From: an uncultured Acidobacteriota bacterium
GTDB taxonomy: Bacteria > Acidobacteriota > Terriglobia > UBA7540
Length of the DNA: 64,000 bases
Assembly: GCA_963804995.1 (NCBI GenBank)
Contig: CAWDSK010000003.1
Span: 1,120,001 to 1,184,000, forward strand
Direction of reading: 5' to 3'
The position numbers and the translations under genes are program-made. Numbering within the stretch: the stretch's first letter is position 1; every line of letters starts with the position of its first letter. Below the pieces are notes generated by a model. The model was not told the origin of the DNA. It saw only the letters and a list, made by a program, of their open reading frames with translations, and made no database searches. This document shows positions 61,323 to 64,000 of this stretch, piece by piece.

Positions 61323-62786
61323 TTATGGAACGTAGTCGGTGCCTCTCCAGTAATTCGGGACGGTCACGTACTCGAAGCGATTGGGATTGGCTTTCACCAG
61401 CGCGTCGGCCTGGTAATTCCAAACCGTGCCGTGGCCGATCGTGCCGTTGCCATACATGTTGTTATCCTGGACCACGGTCTGATCGAGGATATAGTTGCTG
61501 AAGCCCTGAGTGTTCCGGGAATTTTCTTCCTGGCCTTGGCGCCAATCCGCATGTTGCTGGTCGTGTTGGATGTCTTCGGCTCTCGCCCGCGCCGTGGCAT
61601 TTGCGCCGATCTGGCGGATGTTGCCGGCAATGCGTTGGTTGCCCGCCACCATGGCCTGCTCTTGGGCTTCCCACCTTTGTCTCATGGAAGCGAGGACGGG
61701 AGCCATCATCGCGTCTGTTCGTGCTTGCACCAGTTGCGTGTCCACTTTGTAGCTGGACATGATGGCGGCCGCGGTGGCGCGTTGCTGGTCCGTGGACCCC
61801 AGCGGGATACGATACTCCGAGATGGCGAAATGGTAGAGACCGTATTGATCGGGGGCCGTCGCGCAGAGCATCGCGTTTGTCTCTACCATGCCCTTTCCAT
61901 CGGGATTGACTTTTCCTTCGGCATTAACGCAGCGCTGACCCGGGGAGGCGGGCAACATCTCGGCATGATCGATTTGAATCGGGGCTGGACCTACTCCGTT
62001 CGAGGCTCGCATTCGTTGGAAAATTTCCGCATAGCCCTTCGCCAGATCAGCGTCATACGGGTAGATAATAATATGCTGGAACTGTACCCCCATTTGCATC
62101 CGTTGCCGGTAGCCTTGACCTCTAGGGTCTTGAGCCCCAAACCACATGTTGAGAGCAATCTGCTCACCCCGCGGGCCGTGGACGATTGAGCTTCCGCCTC
62201 CGATCTTGGGGTCCACGTTCCACCCGTCGGGAAGGTTGAGACTGGCTGTATTGTCCGGAAGCGTAACCTGATGCATGGGAGGAATCGCTACTCCGCCGCC
62301 CGCGCCTGGTTGCGCCGGGGCTTTTCCCGCCGGGGCTGGTGCAACTCCGCCCGGATGCCACACGCCGAACAACTGGCTCAGCAGGGGATTCATGGTCGAG
62401 CCAAAACGCGCCGCCGCATCGCTCACCAAGGCTGCTTCCACCGCCTTGGGACCGGTCTGAGAAGCGATCAGCATGCCCGCCACTGGGACGTTGCCCCCCG
62501 CATGGTTGGTTACCGTAAAAAACACCGCGTCCGAATTGCTGCCCCGCACCCGGAAGACTTTTCCCACTTGTGGCTTTTCGCCAACGCCGTTCTGCACGTT
62601 GTGCAGAATGCGGGCCATGGCCATGGCCGGGGTAGTGGCCCCCTCTACCAGTCCGTAGGTAATCATTCCGCCTTGCTTACCCTGAAGAGTCGTTAGCGCA
62701 GATTGGGCGCGTGCCACACTCGCACAGATCACCACCAAAAACAGTGAGAGAACCAAGGACCTGCAAGAACGCTTATGTTTACACAT
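61323..62786 (-). CDS. Secreted hypothetical protein
   Basis: Signal peptide ending ARA; Pro/Gly linker; Gln-rich C-terminal region; coding-like composition. Confidence 0.8.
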   Translation of the reverse strand: MCKHKRSCRSLVLSLFLVVICASVARAQSALTTLQGKQGGMITYGLVEGATTPAMAMARILHNVQNGVGEKPQVGKVFRVRGSNSDAVFFTVTNHAGGNVPVAGMLIASQTGPKAVEAALVSDAAARFGSTMNPLLSQLFGVWHPGGVAPAPAGKAPAQPGAGGGVAIPPMHQVTLPDNTASLNLPDGWNVDPKIGGGSSIVHGPRGEQIALNMWFGAQDPRGQGYRQRMQMGVQFQHIIIYPYDADLAKGYAEIFQRMRASNGVGPAPIQIDHAEMLPASPGQRCVNAEGKVNPDGKGMVETNAMLCATAPDQYGLYHFAISEYRIPLGSTDQQRATAAAIMSSYKVDTQLVQARTDAMMAPVLASMRQRWEAQEQAMVAGNQRIAGNIRQIGANATARARAEDIQHDQQHADWRQGQEENSRNTQGFSNYILDQTVVQDNNMYGNGTIGHGTVWNYQADALVKANPNRFEYVTVPNYWRGTDYVP

Positions 62787-63242
62787 GATCGTTACCCCTT
62801 TCTGGTTTTTTGGAGATACCACCACGGCACCCCTCTGTGCGGTCACGCATGAGGTGCCACCGAAATCGCTTCTCAGAATTCAACACCGAACAGGAATCCT
62901 CGTTGCAAGACAACTGAACCAGGATTCCCCTTTCGGACTCCTGGCCACCACAGATTGTACATCCAACCGTCTCTATTGCGGCCTCTCTTATGGGGTTCTG
63001 CGGCTCGCTCGCCCCCGAGCGCCGGAAATCCGGGGGCGATTGGATCGACTCAGCGTTTTACTTCCTCCCAAAATGTATGTGTAGTTACACTTTGACAAAG
63101 TGATGCTGAGCTACAGTAGAGGGGATCGGGCTGGCGCCCCGACTCGTCGGGGCGATTCATGTCGTCTAATCGCACCAGAATCGCAGGGCTGCGCTCGCCC
63201 TGATGCGCCAGCCTGCCGTCCCTGAAGGGCCTTGCACCTTTC

Positions 63243-63337
63243 GTAGCGGCGGGTTTACCCCGCCATTTTCGCGGCGGCGGCATTTATCCCGATCTCATCG
63301 GGACGCCGCAGTATGGCGAGGTAAACTCGCCGCTACG
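63243..63337. repeat. GTAG REP doublet with nested hairpin insert
   Basis: GTAGCGGCGGGTTTACCCCGCCAT ... ATGGCGAGGTAAACTCGCCGCTAC, containing TCCCGATCTCATCGGGA. Confidence 0.7.
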
Positions 63338-63412
63338 TCTTCGTCATCTGGCCCCGTATCCGGAGCGGCTTTTGCGTGGCCTTCCTCCGAATCTTTGGCT
63401 AAAATGCCGCGC

Positions 63413-64000
63413 ATGACTAAACCCAACCTTAGACGATCCGCGCTGCTCGTGGCGCTCACGTTGCTAGGATCCGTTGGGGCGATGGAGCAAGTGGCCGCAC
63501 CCGCGCCCCAAGGTCCCGGCGTAAGTTCATCTGCCTATCCGCTCAAGGTCAGCGCCAACCGACGCTATCTGGTCGACCAGAACAACGTCCCCTTCCTGAT
63601 TGCCGGCGACGTTCCCCAACCCCTGGTTACGATGGTCTCCCCGGCGGACGCCGCGAACTATTTCGACGATCGCCAGGCGCACGGATTCAATGCCATGTGG
63701 ATTGACGTGCTGGTGGCCGGCCCCTATTACCCTGACAGTCGGGAGGACGGCGGCACCTATGACGGTATTCTCCCCTTCTCCGGCTACCTTTCCGGCGGGA
63801 AAGATACCCCCCATTGTGATCTCACTCAGCCCAACGAAGCGTACTTTGCCCGCGTCGACCAAATGCTCACGCTCGCGGCGAATCATGGCATGGTGGTTTT
63901 CCTTGATCCCATCGAGACGGGCCAGTGGGTCCCGACGCTGCGCAACAATGGCCCCGCTGCCGCTCGCGTCTACGGCCAGTATCTGGGCAACCGCTACAAG
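63413..64000 (+). CDS. DUF4038 / GH140 (apiosidase-like) secreted protein, partial
   Basis: Manual translation: signal peptide, LKVSANRRYLVDQNNVPFLIAGD, GFNA, PNEAYFARVD, YGQYLGNRYK. Open to the window end. Confidence 0.8.
   Translation, partial: MTKPNLRRSALLVALTLLGSVGAMEQVAAPAPQGPGVSSSAYPLKVSANRRYLVDQNNVPFLIAGDVPQPLVTMVSPADAANYFDDRQAHGFNAMWIDVLVAGPYYPDSREDGGTYDGILPFSGYLSGGKDTPHCDLTQPNEAYFARVDQMLTLAANHGMVVFLDPIETGQWVPTLRNNGPAAARVYGQYLGNRYK

Overview
GC-rich bacterial chromosomal window, probably Acidobacteria (inferred from the TonB-receptor type, many Tat-exported sugar enzymes and a conserved hypothetical gene). The left end holds a minus-strand sulfur-carrier cysteine cluster (cysM-like, JAB/Mec peptidase, MoaD/CysO-like carrier, MoeB-rhodanese, start of cysK), then a complete group II intron and glnA. 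The rest is mostly accessory catabolic genes: GH9-like, GH29, GH2, GH51 and DUF4038/GH140-like glycosidases, enolase-superfamily dehydratases, a sulfatase-fold enzyme, oxidoreductases, a TonB receptor, an AGE epimerase, a B12 radical SAM enzyme, a KimA-like APC transporter and an MttB-family methyltransferase. Intergenic DNA is dense with GTAG-type REP/REPIN hairpins, many packaged between IS-like terminal inverted repeats. An IS1182-family element and a MITE both sit at hairpin apices, and the intron sits in the inverted-repeat end of such an element. Main observations: a ubiquitin-like carrier with a Cys-rich tail after GG, ORF lesions concentrated at CTCGA, a sulfatase-fold protein with Thr at the nucleophile position, and several hidden gene remnants. 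No rRNA, tRNA or CRISPR array was seen. All family calls are from motif recognition by eye; no searches were run.
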